Shown here in pieces: positions 50,591 to 64,000 of a DNA stretch of 64,000 bases. The stretch's first letter is position 1. The number at the start of each line of letters is the position of its first letter. The stretch is from Azolla caroliniana. Lineage: Eukaryota > Plantae > Polypodiophyta. The notes under the pieces are model-generated. The model was given only the letters and a program-made list of their open reading frames with translations. It searched no databases and was not told the DNA's origin. The position numbers were made by a program, and so were the translations under genes. Where the stretch lies: NCBI GenBank assembly GCA_043228905.1, contig JBHGNT010000012.1, forward strand, positions 5,890,001 to 5,954,000, given 5' to 3'.

Positions 50591-51155
50591 TGTTGGATAG
50601 CAGGTTCCTCCAGATAGGAAGTGGGGCTCGAATCGAGGAAAAGGGGAGAATCGATTCCCATGGAGTCGATCAGTATTTCGGCCTCGGCCGAAATCGAAAT
50701 CGGGAGACCATATATGTAAATAGTCGGAATGTGCCCCTGTGAGCTATGTATATAAGTAGCCAGAAAGTTGTATATGTATAAATACAACTAGGGCAAACTT
50801 TAGAGGTATGAAGTTGTATGTGAATCATTATTGTTAGATAGTTAGAGAATGCAGTTGCCTCTGTAACCAAGAGAGAGAGTGGGTGAGAGTTAGTGTGCGT
50901 ATCTCTATAACCGTCTGTTTCTCAAACAAAGAAAATCTTGAGGTCATTGCCTTCGAGTTTCTTATTGTACTTCCTTTCATCATAGTGATATGTTCGGAGT
51001 TTGTGGACTCCACGTGGTTTTTCACTTTCGGGAATATATGTGTCTAGTTTATGAGTTTCTCATTTTCAATTCTTTCTTGTCTGTGACTGTCATTGTCGAT
51101 TTTGCACCTGAACATAAGTACGAGTAACCGGTTGTAACTGGTTCCGATCCTAACA
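50591..51155 (+). mobile_element. Copia-type solo LTR (565 bp) in the RT of E
   Basis: TGTTGG...CTAACA with perfect TSD TATCC (50586-50590 / 51156-51160). Confidence 0.9.
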
Positions 51156-54100
51156 TATCCTTCATCGCAAACGATTTGTTCAGGGCATCTTCAAACTTCC
51201 GATTTTCTTTGGGTCTTGTCTAAAAATTAGCATGTCGTCAACATACAATAGGAGGATAAGGAAGTCTCCTCCGTCATATCTCTTCACGAAGTCACAATGA
51301 TCGGCTTGTGTCTTGTGGAATGCATGATCTACCATGAATTATTCAAATTTTCAGTTCCATAGTCGGGGAGCTTGCTTTAGTTCGTACAAGCTCTTCCTCT
51401 GTTGCCATACTAGTTTCTCCTTTCCTTTCTCTTTGAATCCTTTCAGCTGCTACATGTAGATTTCTTCCTCTAAATCTCCATGCAGGAAAGAAGTTTTGAC
51501 ATCCAAATGTTCGACTTCGAGATCCATGTTGGCTGATATGCTCAGCACTGTTCATATGGATGTCATCTTCACCACCGGGGCAAATATTTTGTCGAAATCT
51601 ACACCCTTCTTCTGTTGAAATCCTTTTACGACAATTCGGGCTTTGTATATAGGTGGATTTCTTCCATGTCCCAGTTTCAATTTGTATACCCACTTGTACT
51701 GAAATGCCCTTTCCATTTTGGCAACTCAGTCAAAACATACGTGTGGTTCTCATGCAAGGAATCCATTTCTTCTTGCATAGCACTCAACCACTTTCAGTTG
51801 TGGGTATCCCTCTTTGCTTCCTCGAAGCTTTCCGGCTCCCCCTCATCGGTTAACAGCACATATTCTTTTTCCGGAAATCTCTAGAGGGGCCTTCTCTCTA
51901 TTAGAGGAATCTTCGGCCTTCGTTAGACGTAGTCGGCTCCTGTTCGACCTCTTCGGTCAGCTCTTCGTCTGAGTTGGATTCGGATCCTCGTTCAGCTGGT
52001 TCCCCTCATTCCTCAATCGGCTCTCAACTTTGCCGATTATCTTCTCAGTCGACTAGTTCATATCCAATTTCGGTCGAATCGAACGATATTCGATTTGGCC
52101 GATCATCAACTCGGCTCGAATTGGCAACTCGAGGCATATTTTCCATCTCGCAATCGGCTATTGTCTCTTCTCCATGAAGACTATGTCTCGGCTTCGAATG
52201 ACCTTCTTGCCGACTAAATCCCATAGTCAATAACCGAATTTGTCGTCGTCGTAGCTAAGAAATATGCATGGCCGATTTTTCGGATCCAACTTTTCTCTCT
52301 GGTCCTTAGCAACATGCACGTAGGCAAGATAGTCGAACACCTTCAGATGTCGATACGATACGTCTTTGCCGGTTACACCCTCTGTGGAATATCTCTATCC
52401 AGAGGGGTGTTGAGGGTGATATGTTTATCAAATACTTGCCATCATCAACTCCTCGGCCCAGAACGTGTTGGACAACTTGGCATGTGCTAGCATGCTTCGG
52501 ACCCTCTCCATAATAGTTTGTTTCATCCACATTGAGGCTATTTACAAATTTATTATCGAGTCGGCTTCGGCCGACTCGACTACTAGCCAAATCAATTATT
52601 CGATTTTCGGTTAGTCGACTTTTCAAGAATCGATTTTCGGCCTCCGTTCCATTTGACTCATGCTCTTCCCATCCAGAGGGATTTGTTTTCCCAACATATA
52701 ACTCTCACAATTTTGGTGACTTTTGTATGTCTAGAAGCATTCAAAGAGGGTTTACGACTCCTTACACCCCTATCCAGAATGATGTAGCTAAGAGGATGAA
52801 TAGAACCATGCATGACAAGGTTGTCTCTATGCTACACCATGCAAACCTCTTGTAAGGTTTTTAGGTAGAAGTTGTTTTAACATTAGTCCATGTAATTAAT
52901 CTATCACCGAACATAGCCATAAGCCTAAAAGTAGCACGACGGTTGTGGCCATGCAAGACACCTCATAATTATGTGAGGTTTGTTGGTTTCAATAAAAGCA
53001 TACTTAATGTGAGGCAAACACAATATGGATTGGGCCCTTGGTAGTTCGTGGGATAATGGAGAACATAGTGTGTAGAATTTGTGTGTCTCACGAAATACAA
53101 CTCTATGAATCAATGAAGGTGTCCCTTCCATCGATGGCGTTTGCTTGGATCTGGACCAACGTATACCCTCTTGGCGGCGAACCAAGCTAGGGTAGTCATC
53201 AAGTACCCTTTGAGCCACTAACTCACTTAACGGTATATGTGATGGTACTTAATCTCTCTCTCACTCACTCTCTTGCTTACTCTCATAGACAAGTAGAAGA
53301 TGAAGAAGAATATGTATATTACACCCTCTTACTAAGAGGTTTAGCACAAACAAGAGGAGATATTAGCATATATTAACTATACACTATCGCTAATCTCTCT
53401 TTATCTTATCAGATTACAAGAAGGAGAGGAAGCCTAGAGTTCTAATCACTAGGATATTTCTTAAGAATGAAGAAGCGGCTCAAAAGTCACCCCAAGGTGG
53501 ATTTTATAGCCTTTACATTATAAGTGTGGTCATTTCACACTAGGTTTCCCATTGGATTGGCTTGCCCTCTATTGGCTACTTCCACTCCCCTTTTTGTATG
53601 TCTTTTAGGTTCGTTATCCCTTGTCGATACTCCTTCTTCGTGGCTAGTGTGTGTCGTCTTCCAAACGCTTAACACATAGAATGGTGTTGAGAATCCTAGG
53701 ATGAAGCAAGTGGCCATGGTGGTTGGGGTGAACCGTTGAGGTGGTCACGTGGGGTATCAATAGTCACAAGCCTTTTGTTGCTCATGAAAATTATGAGACA
53801 CACATTGCTCTTGTAGGGGTACTTCCTTTCCATGGAGACTTCCTTAGTATTTACAAGGTGTTGGAGTAGCAATTGTTGTAATGGTAGTGGTGATCATTTT
53901 TGTGGTGGTGGTTACAATGTCTCATATCTAGGGGTGTAACTTGGTAAGTGGCGTCAGATATCAAGGTGTGATCAATGGTTGGTATCAATTGATGAGAGGC
54001 AATAACATCATCATTGGGAAGGTGAGTAATAACTTTATGCAAATGAGGAGCTATGGAAGGGATTTGTGGGAAGTTGGCATGCCATGAAAGAGAAGTTATG

Positions 54101-57100
54101 CACTTTTTGAATGAAGAGTTTACAATCAAATGTAAGGAAAAAGGAGTAGTTATTTGCCATAGAGTGGCACTATGAGATAGTTGCTTTCTAGAACACATTT
54201 GATATTCATGTGAAAGCACCCAATGATTTGTTGGTTATGACAAAGAAACATGGCCTTGTTGAAACATGGCCTTGTTGGAAAAGAAACATGTGGGTTACTT
54301 GCTAATTGGTGGAGGTTGTTTCACTTTAGTCGATAAACATGTAAGAGTTACTAGTCAGGAAGGCCTCCACTCAAGAGACCCTTATAACCCTCTAGATTAT
54401 ACAACACATAAGGAGGTCTTTCATGTTACAGTAGAATAACAAGCGAGTTTGGTAGTCATTGTGTTGACAAATATAGAGGAACGAGGCATGAAACACAAGT
54501 CCACATTAACTAAAAGTCACAACATTGACCCACAACAACTAATAACAATTGGCAACCACGACCCAAAGCTTCTTATACAATGAAACATGATTTGTACTGC
54601 GTGAGCCACCTCAAGGGCATAACATTAGTTAGATGTCGCACTATCGTACGAGGTCAATATACAATTATCGACACACTAGGGAAGTCTTACCTAATAATGC
54701 AAGCCAATCATTGACGCAAATTGTATACATAGACTTCCAAACAACGTATTATTTAGGATTGTCTATTCATTTAACACTTACTTAAAAGAGTTAGATGCAC
54801 AGAAACAAAATGTGAACAAAATGTTACTCAATGATGATATAAAAAATATTGCAAAAAAATCACATTATGCTTAAATTGTTATATAGTGCAATATTTACAT
54901 GGTTGGTGTGTCCTTAAGGAGCATTTAATTCCTATTTTACAAATATTTTATACTTTCAGCATACTCCCCTAGCCTTCTTGTTGGGTATACACCCATTGAA
55001 CGACCAACATCTAACCTATACCTAACGATAATGAAAAAATAAAATCTGGAAAGTAGGCAAATGTTGAACATCATGTATTGATAATCCTGTTTAGCTATAT
55101 GTGATATTGTCATTCAATATAGTAGTGGATTTCATCTCGATTACTAAAATATTGCTTCACACTCTCATTAAATATTTGAAGGGAACACCAAAAATTACAA
55201 GGACATGAACATGTAGAGTGACATCAAATATCTAAACATGGGATCCCAAAAACCAAGAACAAGGTTTTATCTTTTTTGCCTCTACCATAGTCTTGTATTG
55301 ATACCAAATGATTAGTGTAGATAATGTGTAGAAGAGCTAGAGCTTCATCTACTTGTAGCACTTACATATAACATTGTGGTTGGTCATCCTATTCTAAGTA
55401 ACATTACTAGAAAACATTTTGGAAATCAAGCGGTTGGTTTCTAAGTTGCTATAACTAGACGTTTGATATTGAAAGTGTGCAACAAATACCAAACTCTTGC
55501 CAATATAACCCTCATGTAATACAAAGAATTAATTAGATGAATGAAATAAAATGAAAATACTTGAATATAGTAGTAATGATACCACCCTCATGTAATACCA
55601 AGACTTTGGATATGGGATTGAGTTTTATTGCACTTTTGCTTTCAAATGTTTCATTGTATGTCATCTCTTTTTTATGGAGTTGTTCGTACATATTTATATC
55701 TCAATAAGGAGCCCATTACACTTGTGTTTAATTCTTATTTTTTACTTGATCATAAATGATCCATTAGCTATGCTCCAGATATCATAATTCAAGGGTGGGT
55801 AGTTGTCTAGTTCTAGCATGATGTATGATTTTTGTGTGCTACATGTTACTTTCAAAGTTGCTAATTATTTGTTTCCTTCCTCATCCTATAACTTTTCCCA
55901 TCTGTGATGTCCACTTCTTTGTCGGAATGATTTGAAAGCAACATTTCAATCTTTTTGTCGAAAACCTTTAAGAAGGCCAAGAATGACCCACGAATAGTGC
56001 TAACCAAAGAAAAAGATGACAAAATGATCATGTGAAACTTTCCTTGTTATTGAAACCTTTCCTTGAATCAAACATTTAGAATCATGCTTTGCTTATTTCC
56101 AAAATTACCTTTATATGTTTCGTTGCAATTCAGGATCTTAATCACTTGAAGTTCAAAACAACATTAAAATTCTAGTAATCTCACTTACAACACGCTCCCT
56201 CATCCTCAACTTTATCACCTTTCACCCTAATGTGTACGTAACAATAATGTTCACTTTCATGAAAACATGAGCATCAACTTGGCCAATGACCGAAGAATAT
56301 ACAATGTAATTATTAAAATGTTTGCAGCCATAATTTTTACATATTTTTTAGTAATTTTTCCTTGAAAAATAGATTTGTGGACACTCTTTCTAAATGTGTA
56401 CGACAATTCCTCTTGTTAACAAACATTTTGGCGACATGCGTACACTACTACCTCCATTGTAAAGTTTTAATGAAAGATTGATGTAAAACTCCAAAACCGA
56501 AAGTAAGTTCTAGACAAGCCAGCTGACAAAGTGCTACACATGATGGAGGCTAGTAAGATTGCAGAAAAAAGGACCACACTTGAATATATTTCCATCACTT
56601 AAAAAAAGGGTGGTTGCATTTCATAAAGCTTGCAAAATGGGAAACTAAAAGTGAGTTCCCATTGAATTCAGATTTGGTTGAAATATAGTTTTTTTGCCAA
56701 TTACACGACACCTTATGTGTGGCTTGGTACAAAATTATGAGAAACAAAAGGGTACATACATGAACACATTGTCAAGGAATATAGTATTACTCATATTTCA
56801 TTAGAGCAATAGTAATCCATCAACTATTTGACAAATAGACAAATGAGAGACTCATGAATAAATGTACACATAGTAAAGAATACCGTGCATTGCATGTGGA
56901 TCTAGCGATCATATATGCCTCCTTAAAGAAGTGCAGACAAAATGTTAGGATACTTGAAAGTTGAACTTTGACGGGATGCTTATTATCTTTTAGGTTGGTA
57001 TTAGAGCCTTGGAGAGTAGCTCGAGGGTTTGGTGAGAATCCCATAAATTGGATCCATGTGCATGGAACTAATATACACAAACAATAGTATGACATGTGAC

Positions 57101-60100
57101 CATAAATATGCTCGCAAATTGAACATATTGACAACATACACACGCATGAATATTGTTATGTATTCATTTTCCTTCTTTTATTAAAAGTTTGCGTTTGTCG
57201 TTGGTATGCTTGTAATGCTAATCTCAAAATTTTCATTTGTAATTTCTATGAGGGTAATAAATAACACATTACGAATTCCCTCAATTCATCGCATGTGACA
57301 AAACACATAGTGGTTTGCATTGAGAGGAGCAAGTTCAAGTTGTGAGCCATGGCCATCCCAATGAAACAACTATGCACATTTTTAAAGAAGATAAGCAAGG
57401 TATTTGGACAAAATATATAGCGCTGATTAAACTACCTATGAAATTATTTTATTAGCTAGTTTTTAATCAAGTATGTGTGATATTTAATGTCTTTAGATAG
57501 GGCAAAGCAATCATTTCAATTGATAGAAGTGTTTGCATTGCATCGCTTCAAAGATCACTCGAAGAAGCTTCGATGTGATATTCAAATCTCATTCTCATGA
57601 GATATAACAAAAAAGTTGCATAAACTAGCCAAAAAACGCTAGATGATTACCTTTACTTTAGCCGACTTATGCATAACTATTTCTAGGGTCTATCAAGTAT
57701 CATTCTTTAAGTTGACATCCTTTTTCTCGAACATGGTTGAAACTTGATAGTATGAACACATTTGGTTTCTTTTCATCGACGACTTTACACTTCGATGCAA
57801 GTAATAAATTTCAAACTTTCATGTTCAACAAGAAACTTCAATAGGCTTGCATAAAGGCAAACATATCAATAATCCTCGAATGGAGAACCCCAATCATCGT
57901 AAACCCAAGTGAAACACAAGACAAAAGAAACTCAACAACCATTTGACTGACATCAAAACGTCCAAAGCCCTCCAAATTATACTATTCCTTGCTCCTTCTT
58001 GTCACCATCCAATTAATATGCACATACTTTTAAGTATAGAGACATTGAATAAACAAGTAAATCCAATATAAAAAAAAACTCTAAGCATTTTATGATGTGG
58101 TTAAAAAGGTAAAGTAATTATAACGCTCTTTAGACATTCTTATTGCAAGTAGAACTATATCTCTACATGCTTTTGTTTACTACAAACCATTCCCTCTAAG
58201 GAAATTAAAATTATTTCAAAGTTAAATTATCGAGGCCTTCTAAATTTCTTCATGATCTTTTGACGGAGAGAGTTTGGAACTTGTATGTAACTTTGATTTT
58301 TATGATTGCCATTCAAATGTTCGTTAAACGTTCATCTAGCATTGAATATGAGTCTTTACTCCTACAATAGTCACTAGGTATGTAGGACCATTTTAGAAGG
58401 GTTGAAAGCGAGTTGCAATAAGTTTTACATGTCGATCTTAACTCAGATGTGAAACTATGATAGTATCAAACCATCATTTATTCTTTTACGTGATAATTAT
58501 GCTCTTGTAAAGATATGGGATTTGACATTGGGACCAAGATTTTTCAGTGGCTAGCAAAAGCCTTACAACTTACTCATACTTTGTTACTTTCTTCCTTGCA
58601 CAACATAAATGAAGGTCCCACTCCCTACAATATGTTTTGACGAAAATGACATTGTTAGGTTTGACACATTTTTGAATTGTTCCCAACCATTTAATAGAGA
58701 GATACATTTCTCCGTCGTGATCTTAAGAAGATGGATTCATTCTTGACAATGAAGTTCTATTCAAATTTCAAAATCCTAATTGAAGTGCATGTGTGTAGAG
58801 TGTAGCACATGCAGTCCAAAAACTAAAGAGCACACTAATGTGAATGAAGTCAAGAAAACCTTGCAGGTGGCTTGGTTTCAAGGCCACATCACCCCTTTGC
58901 CGTCCCTCTAGATCAAATAGTTGTCCGCTCACACATCATAAGATGTTTGAAATTGTCTCAAAATCGTAATAAACGATAAACAATAAATAAAACAACCCAT
59001 GCTCCTACACATTGACGTGTGACCACATCTTTCCATCACTTTAAAAGAAAACCCTTTTCACGTGCCAGTATGTAATGAATGAGGGCTGCTTTCCAAGCAA
59101 CACTTATATTTACGCAAGAAGTTAGGAAACATTACGCTCCATAAAAGTCCAAGCATGAAAAGTAAGATGAAACACATAAGTTACAGGGCAAGACATATAC
59201 ATCGTCGATTGTGGTGTAGCTTAAGCCTTCGAATAGTTATCCAGAGTATACATTTAGTGTATAATTGAATTATGATCATAATGTGGATTAGGTTTAGTTT
59301 ATTTGAAAAGTTTATCATGGTGCACCTTCAAGAGTGTGTTACTTCATATATTTTGTGTGATTTGAGCCTCAACATTGATGAAAGGGTTGCTTGGTACTTT
59401 GGAAAATAAACAAGCATATGTACAAGCATATTTGGGTCATGTTCCCTAGAAATTTAATCCGTTTTCGACATTCAAAGTCGAGAAGCTCAGAGTTTTTATT
59501 GACATTTTTCGGATTTGGTGTGTGGGGGGATGGGGATGAGGGGTAAAAGTAGCCTTATTTATATTGATTGAAAAGTTTGAGCGGACACATTTGATTTAAA
59601 GGGATCAACATCCGATACAACTGTAGTATACAGAAATTGCTTGGGCACTTTCGACAATCATCTAGTAGTTTTCGCCTAATTTCCTATTAAAGGGAAAGAA
59701 CAATTGCAGACCGACTCGTGAAGAAAGTTCTTTGGTGGTGCGCACTATTCGTCCGCGAGTTCCCCGGAATCCCGAGCCGAGCATTGATTCCCCCCCCCCC
59801 CCCCCCCCACCCTTTGGCATACCTTTCTCTTTGTGTTCTTTATTTTTTTTAACCTTTACTTCACTCAAAGTTGAAGGTGGAAGTAAAATAAAATCTTCGT
59901 CTTGAGTAAACTAAATCACATTACATTGATTAAGTTCTTTTTCTTCACCTCCAGTTTTTCCGATGCAAAAACTAGAAGCTAAATATATAATTAAGTGATT
60001 ATTTAGTTAATCAAGATTATGTAAGTTTTTTCCCAAACACGAAGAGGCTTGGAATAAAAAGAAGGAAATAGATTTGGCGCTAAAATTCTTAGATTAATAT

Positions 60101-60180
60101 AAGCCAGCTATATTTAATTTAGATTATTATTATTATTTGTGACAATTCAGTGATGGAAGAATATTAATGGCGGATCTTCA

Positions 60181-60189
60181 CCACGTGTC
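60181..60189 (+). promoter_or_regulatory. G-box/ABRE-like motif upstream of the RING gene
   Basis: CCACGTGTC ~1.1 kb above the ATG; further CACGTG near 59059 and TGACGTG near 59013. Motif match only. Confidence 0.35.
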
Positions 60190-60619
60190 TGCTAAGCGGA
60201 AAAGGAGCGAGAGAATAAAAAAAAAACAAAACACAAGAAGAAGAAGAAGAAAAGGGCGAAGGAAAAGAATCGTGGTGGGAATTTCGGAAATTGAGCAGAA
60301 ATTATAAATAAAAAAAGGTCGGGAAATTGTGGATATTATAATTAGGAAAACCACAAAATTACATTGTCAGGAAAGTAACACGAATAAAAAATTTGCATTA
60401 TGGAGGAATGAATAAATAAATAGATAAATAATAAATAAATAAATAAATAACTCTCTCTGCCATGTATAAGTAGAGAGAGAAAATGTTGTTTTTTTAATAT
60501 TGTTTACCTCAACTATCGAGTGCCAAAAAAAATAATTTAAATGGGAAGAAATTCAAATCGGATAATAATAAATAAATAATTAGCACAAAATTGATATGAG
60601 AAAAAATTTACCGCGACAA

Positions 60620-60777
60620 TCTCTCTCTCCCTCTCTCCCTCTCTCTCTCTCTCTCTTCTTCTTTCTTCTTCTTTCTCTTTCTTTCTTTCTCTCTCTCTCT
60701 CTCTCTCTGTCTGCGTCAAGATCACACCAGAACAGGAAAGAACGCCATAGCCGCACCTCATAATCATTCATTCATGA

Positions 60778-60815
<38 letters not shown>

Positions 60816-60884
60816 CACATGGGAAAACTTTAAGAGCTGAATCTTTCTAATGTAATTCTCTCTCTCTCTCTCTCTGTCTCTCTC
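60620..60884 (+). repeat. (CT)n / pyrimidine tracts, probably core promoter or 5' UTR of the RING gene
   Basis: Three CT microsatellites; such tracts are common near plant transcription starts. Confidence 0.7.
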
Positions 60885-61298
60885 GTGATGATTATACACG
60901 CCATCGCCTGCGTAACTATCGCTTTGCAGACCTTCCATTTGTATTCTGTTTCCAATTCTATCGTCATTTCCCTCTAGAAACACTTCCCACTTCATCTCCA
61001 TCGTCATCATCACCGTTTTCTTCTCTTTCCTGCCATATCTCAATTCTCTTGCCGATAATTGCATCTGTCTTCAGGCCACCAACATATCTGATTCCTTGGC
61101 AGGGAAAGAATTAACGTTCACTTTCTTCTTCTGTACCTTCTTCTCCGAGGCACAGCTCCAAGAAATCATACAGATTCTCTTGATTTCAGTATCCTACATT
61201 CCTTCCTGAGATTAGGTTTGTGTGATTCCTTTTTCTGTCTCAATTCTACAAGAGAAAGGATATACCTGTTGGTCAATACTGATCAACCTTAGCTGGCT

Positions 61299-63893
61299 AT
61301 GGCTGTTCAAGCTCAATATCCGTCCAGCATCTTGCTATCAGATCTTCGGAAGAGGTGATCATCATGAATATATAATAATAAGAACAATATCGATTAGTCT
61401 GCTTGGTTATAATTAGACCAAATACATCATAAAATAGCATTTCTGATCTGCTGAAACTATTAAATCAGGTTAAGCTCTGAGATGTATGGAATCGATAGTG
61501 GAGATATTAAACACGGCCTTGATTCTTCGTCTCAAGGTCATCATCATCATCATCTGCTTCACAGCTTCTATGGCGGCAGTACAGGTGTTTATAACCAAAA
61601 TTTCTTTATTTTATCGTTCTTTACTCCCGCCGAATATTTCCTCCATTCGTTTTTTGTTCTTTCACTCGAACCCTTATAAGTTGATTAATTATTTCTTCCT
61701 TTCGTTTCTTTACCTGCGTTTATCACTAGTCTTATCTCTTTCCATTTTTATGTTTGGCCATTCACAGCTTTCTTACGGTAAACATTTTATCTGTCTGTTG
61801 AGTACTCGCAGGAACCAGTGCCAGTAATTTACATCAAACTACTCCTGCGAATATCTCTTGCAATGTCACTGGCGCTCTAGACAATGTTCCAAATATCATT
61901 ATGACAAGAAAGAAACTCCGATCGTCAGAGAACTCTATTATAGAATCTAATTTACCTCCTCCAGTACATAACAGCACCAATAACAATACAACTAGCTCCT
62001 CTATGCAGAATCCCTCTCTGATTATTAGTAGTAATAATAATAATCCAACACATCATCATGAAGTCCTTACCAATTCTGCAGATTTAATGAATAATTGTCG
62101 AAACTTCTTTAATATACAAACCACCACAGCTCCTCCTGCAATATGCTTTAATAGTAGTAACAGCAATAATAATATGGTTAATGTTGCGTCGAGGTTTAAC
62201 ACTAATGGATTTAGTAATCTTCTTTCACGGCCTCAGCAGTTAACGGCTGCAGTTTCTTCAGTAACTAATGGAAACGATAATTTTACAATACCAGATAAAT
62301 CATCCTCCATCGTTCTTAATAATTCTTCTTCGAGTTATAGCAGTGGATTTCAGCTGCAGTACATTTTGCGGCAAAAACAAGACATTGATCAAATCATCAA
62401 TCTTCATGTAAGATAATCGAAATAGTATATTTCTAATCAGCATCTTATAATTCTTATCGTCATTCTCGTAGTATTTTAAACCTGAGTTGTGATTGTTATG
62501 CTTGCTTTCAGAATTGATTATGACCCTTCCGGATAGTGGCTTGCTATTAGTAGATCCTTTTAGATGCTGTAAATCACGGGATGGTGTAAGATTAGTTTTA
62601 ATAATTTTTACAATGATGAGATCAATATTTGTGTGCTGGTACTAGTTGTGTATGTTGTTGATATTATTACATACGTCTGAAAAAGTAGCTTGATTGTGTT
62701 GAAATCTGATAGCCTTTTTCTTGAACTGATCAGTTTGAAAAACGATAGCCATTTCCTTGAACTGATCAGCCTGAAAAACGAATAACTTAGAATTTCTTTC
62801 TTTTTTCTTTGTGATCGTAAAAGAGATGTCTTACGTTCGATAAATTAATCGATATGATTGTTGAAGAAGTGATATACGGATACAAGGTTCTTATGTGATC
62901 ATAAATTAGTAGTGGTTATATGATTTCTGATCTATCAAGTAATAAATATTTGTTTCCTTTGAACTTTAACGTCGAAGCCTATCTCTGAAGACTAGAGACC
63001 ACATAAGCATTTATTTGATCTCTTGATGAATGAAAACAATGATAACATGCAAGCTAGAACCACGCATAAGCATTTATTTGAACTCTTGATAAACGAAAAC
63101 TGATAACGTGCAAGCCTTTCTTTGAATTTAATTGATTGACAAGGAAAACTGAATGAATAATCTAATTTTTCTTCGATTTAATTTCTTCTGATGAATCCTG
63201 CTTGATGAAAAACTGATAGATTAAGCTTTTCTTTAATGTCTTGATCATTAGGGAGAACAGATGAAGAAAGCTATGGAACGAAAAATCCAACATCATAACA
63301 GGTCTCTCTTAGTTCTAATGCAAAAATGCATGGAATCAAGCATGAGAGAGAAAGAGATAGAAATCGAGGAAGCGAAACACAGGAATCAAGAACTAGAAGA
63401 ACGAGTGAAACAGATCAGCTTAGAATCTCATTTATGGCAAAATGCAGCTCGCCACAATGAAGCCATGGTGAATAGCTTAAGAAGTAATCTAGAACAAATC
63501 CTAGCTCAAAGCAGAGAACAACAAATCAATAATTTCGGAAGCCACGGTAACGATAACTATAATATGAAAGAAGGATGTGGAGAGACAGATGGTGATCATA
63601 TTGATGCAGACGAACATATAGATGCAGAATCTTGTGTTTATGGAGAAATAATAAGAGGAAGGAAAGATTACCACAGGGATGAAGATCATCATAACGTAGG
63701 AAATCCTTTGCTGAAGGAATCAATAATGGCAGGAAAACATCCTTGTCGGTTTTGCAAGAAGAATGAGGTCTGCATTCTTCTTCTTCCTTGCAGACATCTT
63801 TGTCTGTGCAAAGAATGTGATACCCGATTTGCTCATAATTGTCCTATTTGTGGATGCACAAAGAATGCAAGTATGCGCGTTTACTTGGACTGA
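61299..63893 (+). CDS. BOI: BOI-related (BRG / S-RNase-binding protein family) RING-HC E3 ubiquitin ligase, join(61299-61354, 61469-61584, 61812-62407, 63252-63893), 469 aa
   Basis: N-terminus MAVQAQYPS; all three GT-AG introns keep frame (56+116+596+642 = 1410 nt); coiled coil LEERVKQISLESHLWQNAARHNEAMVNSLRSNLEQ; DAESC motif; RING CRFCKKNEVCILLLPCRHLCLCKECD..CPIC. Family is secure, exact orthologue is not. Confidence 0.9.
62706..63116 (+). repeat. Two short tandem duplications in intron 3 (~36 bp x2 at 62706-62780; ~61 bp x2 at 62992-63116)
   Basis: GATAGCC..TTGAACTGATCAG..TGAAAAACG twice; CATAAGCATTTATTTGA.CTCTTGAT.AA.GAAAAC..TGATAAC.TGCAAGC twice. Confidence 0.8.
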
Positions 63894-64000
63894 AGTTTGA
63901 TGATCAGATCATTCAGCTTTAAAGGGTTCCTTGATTGTTCATCTTCTATATATAAGGTTTCTCATTCTTTTCATGAAAATTTCCTACCGTCCGAGTTCAG

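Larger units (their letters stand above)
47519..52696 (-). mobile_element. Internally deleted Ty1/Copia element E (related to C): 3' LTR 47519-48117, 5' LTR remnant ~52528-52696, with INT end, RT and RNase H remnants
   Basis: TSD TATAA (47514-47518 / 52697-52701), PPT 48120-48128, both LTR ends TTTTCCCAACA, PYASAVGSLIYVMVCT, LHCDNQSVIHIAKN. Confidence 0.9.
8606..52990 (+). pseudogene. Old Copia host H: integrase fragments at 8606-8742, 47152-47518 and 52702-~52990, split by elements C and E
   Basis: Removing C (TSD ATTCT) and E (TSD TATAA) restores a continuous degenerate WH.R..HMSQNGVEILSY...PLDLVQTNVCGPMPTSSFGGALYFVTF...SDNGGEYNSHNFGDFC...AKRMNRTMHDKVVSMLHHA. Confidence 0.8.

Noticed and set aside
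53850-54450. Possible LINE RT remnant (weak RGL.QGDPL-like trace near 54360-54390)
   Set aside because: Needs several frameshifts to read and no other motif could be confirmed
60537-61064. Minus-strand ER-repeat ORFs
   Set aside because: Translations of (CT)n microsatellites
61768-61777. Possible micro-exon or alternative acceptor in intron 2 of the RING gene
   Set aside because: It would leave a 34-nt intron or hit an immediate in-frame stop

Overview
Eukaryotic plant DNA. The transposon lineages suggest a non-seed plant such as a fern, lycophyte or bryophyte (inference). About 1.9-53 kb is a dense nest of decayed LTR retrotransposons whose order can be rebuilt from LTR ends and target-site duplications (TSDs). 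It holds Copia elements A, B, C, D, E, an old host H and two Copia solo LTRs; three full-length copies (G1-G3) plus two solo LTRs of a GC-rich non-chromovirus Ty3/Gypsy clade; and one Tcn1/Tf1-like chromovirus. Nesting reaches five levels (H>C>G1>D>G2). After about 8 kb of AT-rich DNA with no recognisable intact element comes one intact four-exon gene for a BOI/BRG (SBP-type) RING E3 ubiquitin ligase (61299-63893, 469 aa). Main observations: (1) the G clade makes 4-bp TSDs always centred on CG, primes on tRNA-Trp, and joins Gag-protease to RT-RH-INT by a predicted -1 frameshift (GGAUUUU plus a covarying pseudoknot); (2) LTRs of three different families carry an antisense tRNA-like A-box/B-box cassette at tRNA spacing; (3) the chromovirus has a self-priming PBS and its own frameshift pseudoknot; (4) Copia D has a ~180-codon charged tail after RNase H. 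All alignments were done by eye and no database searches were run.
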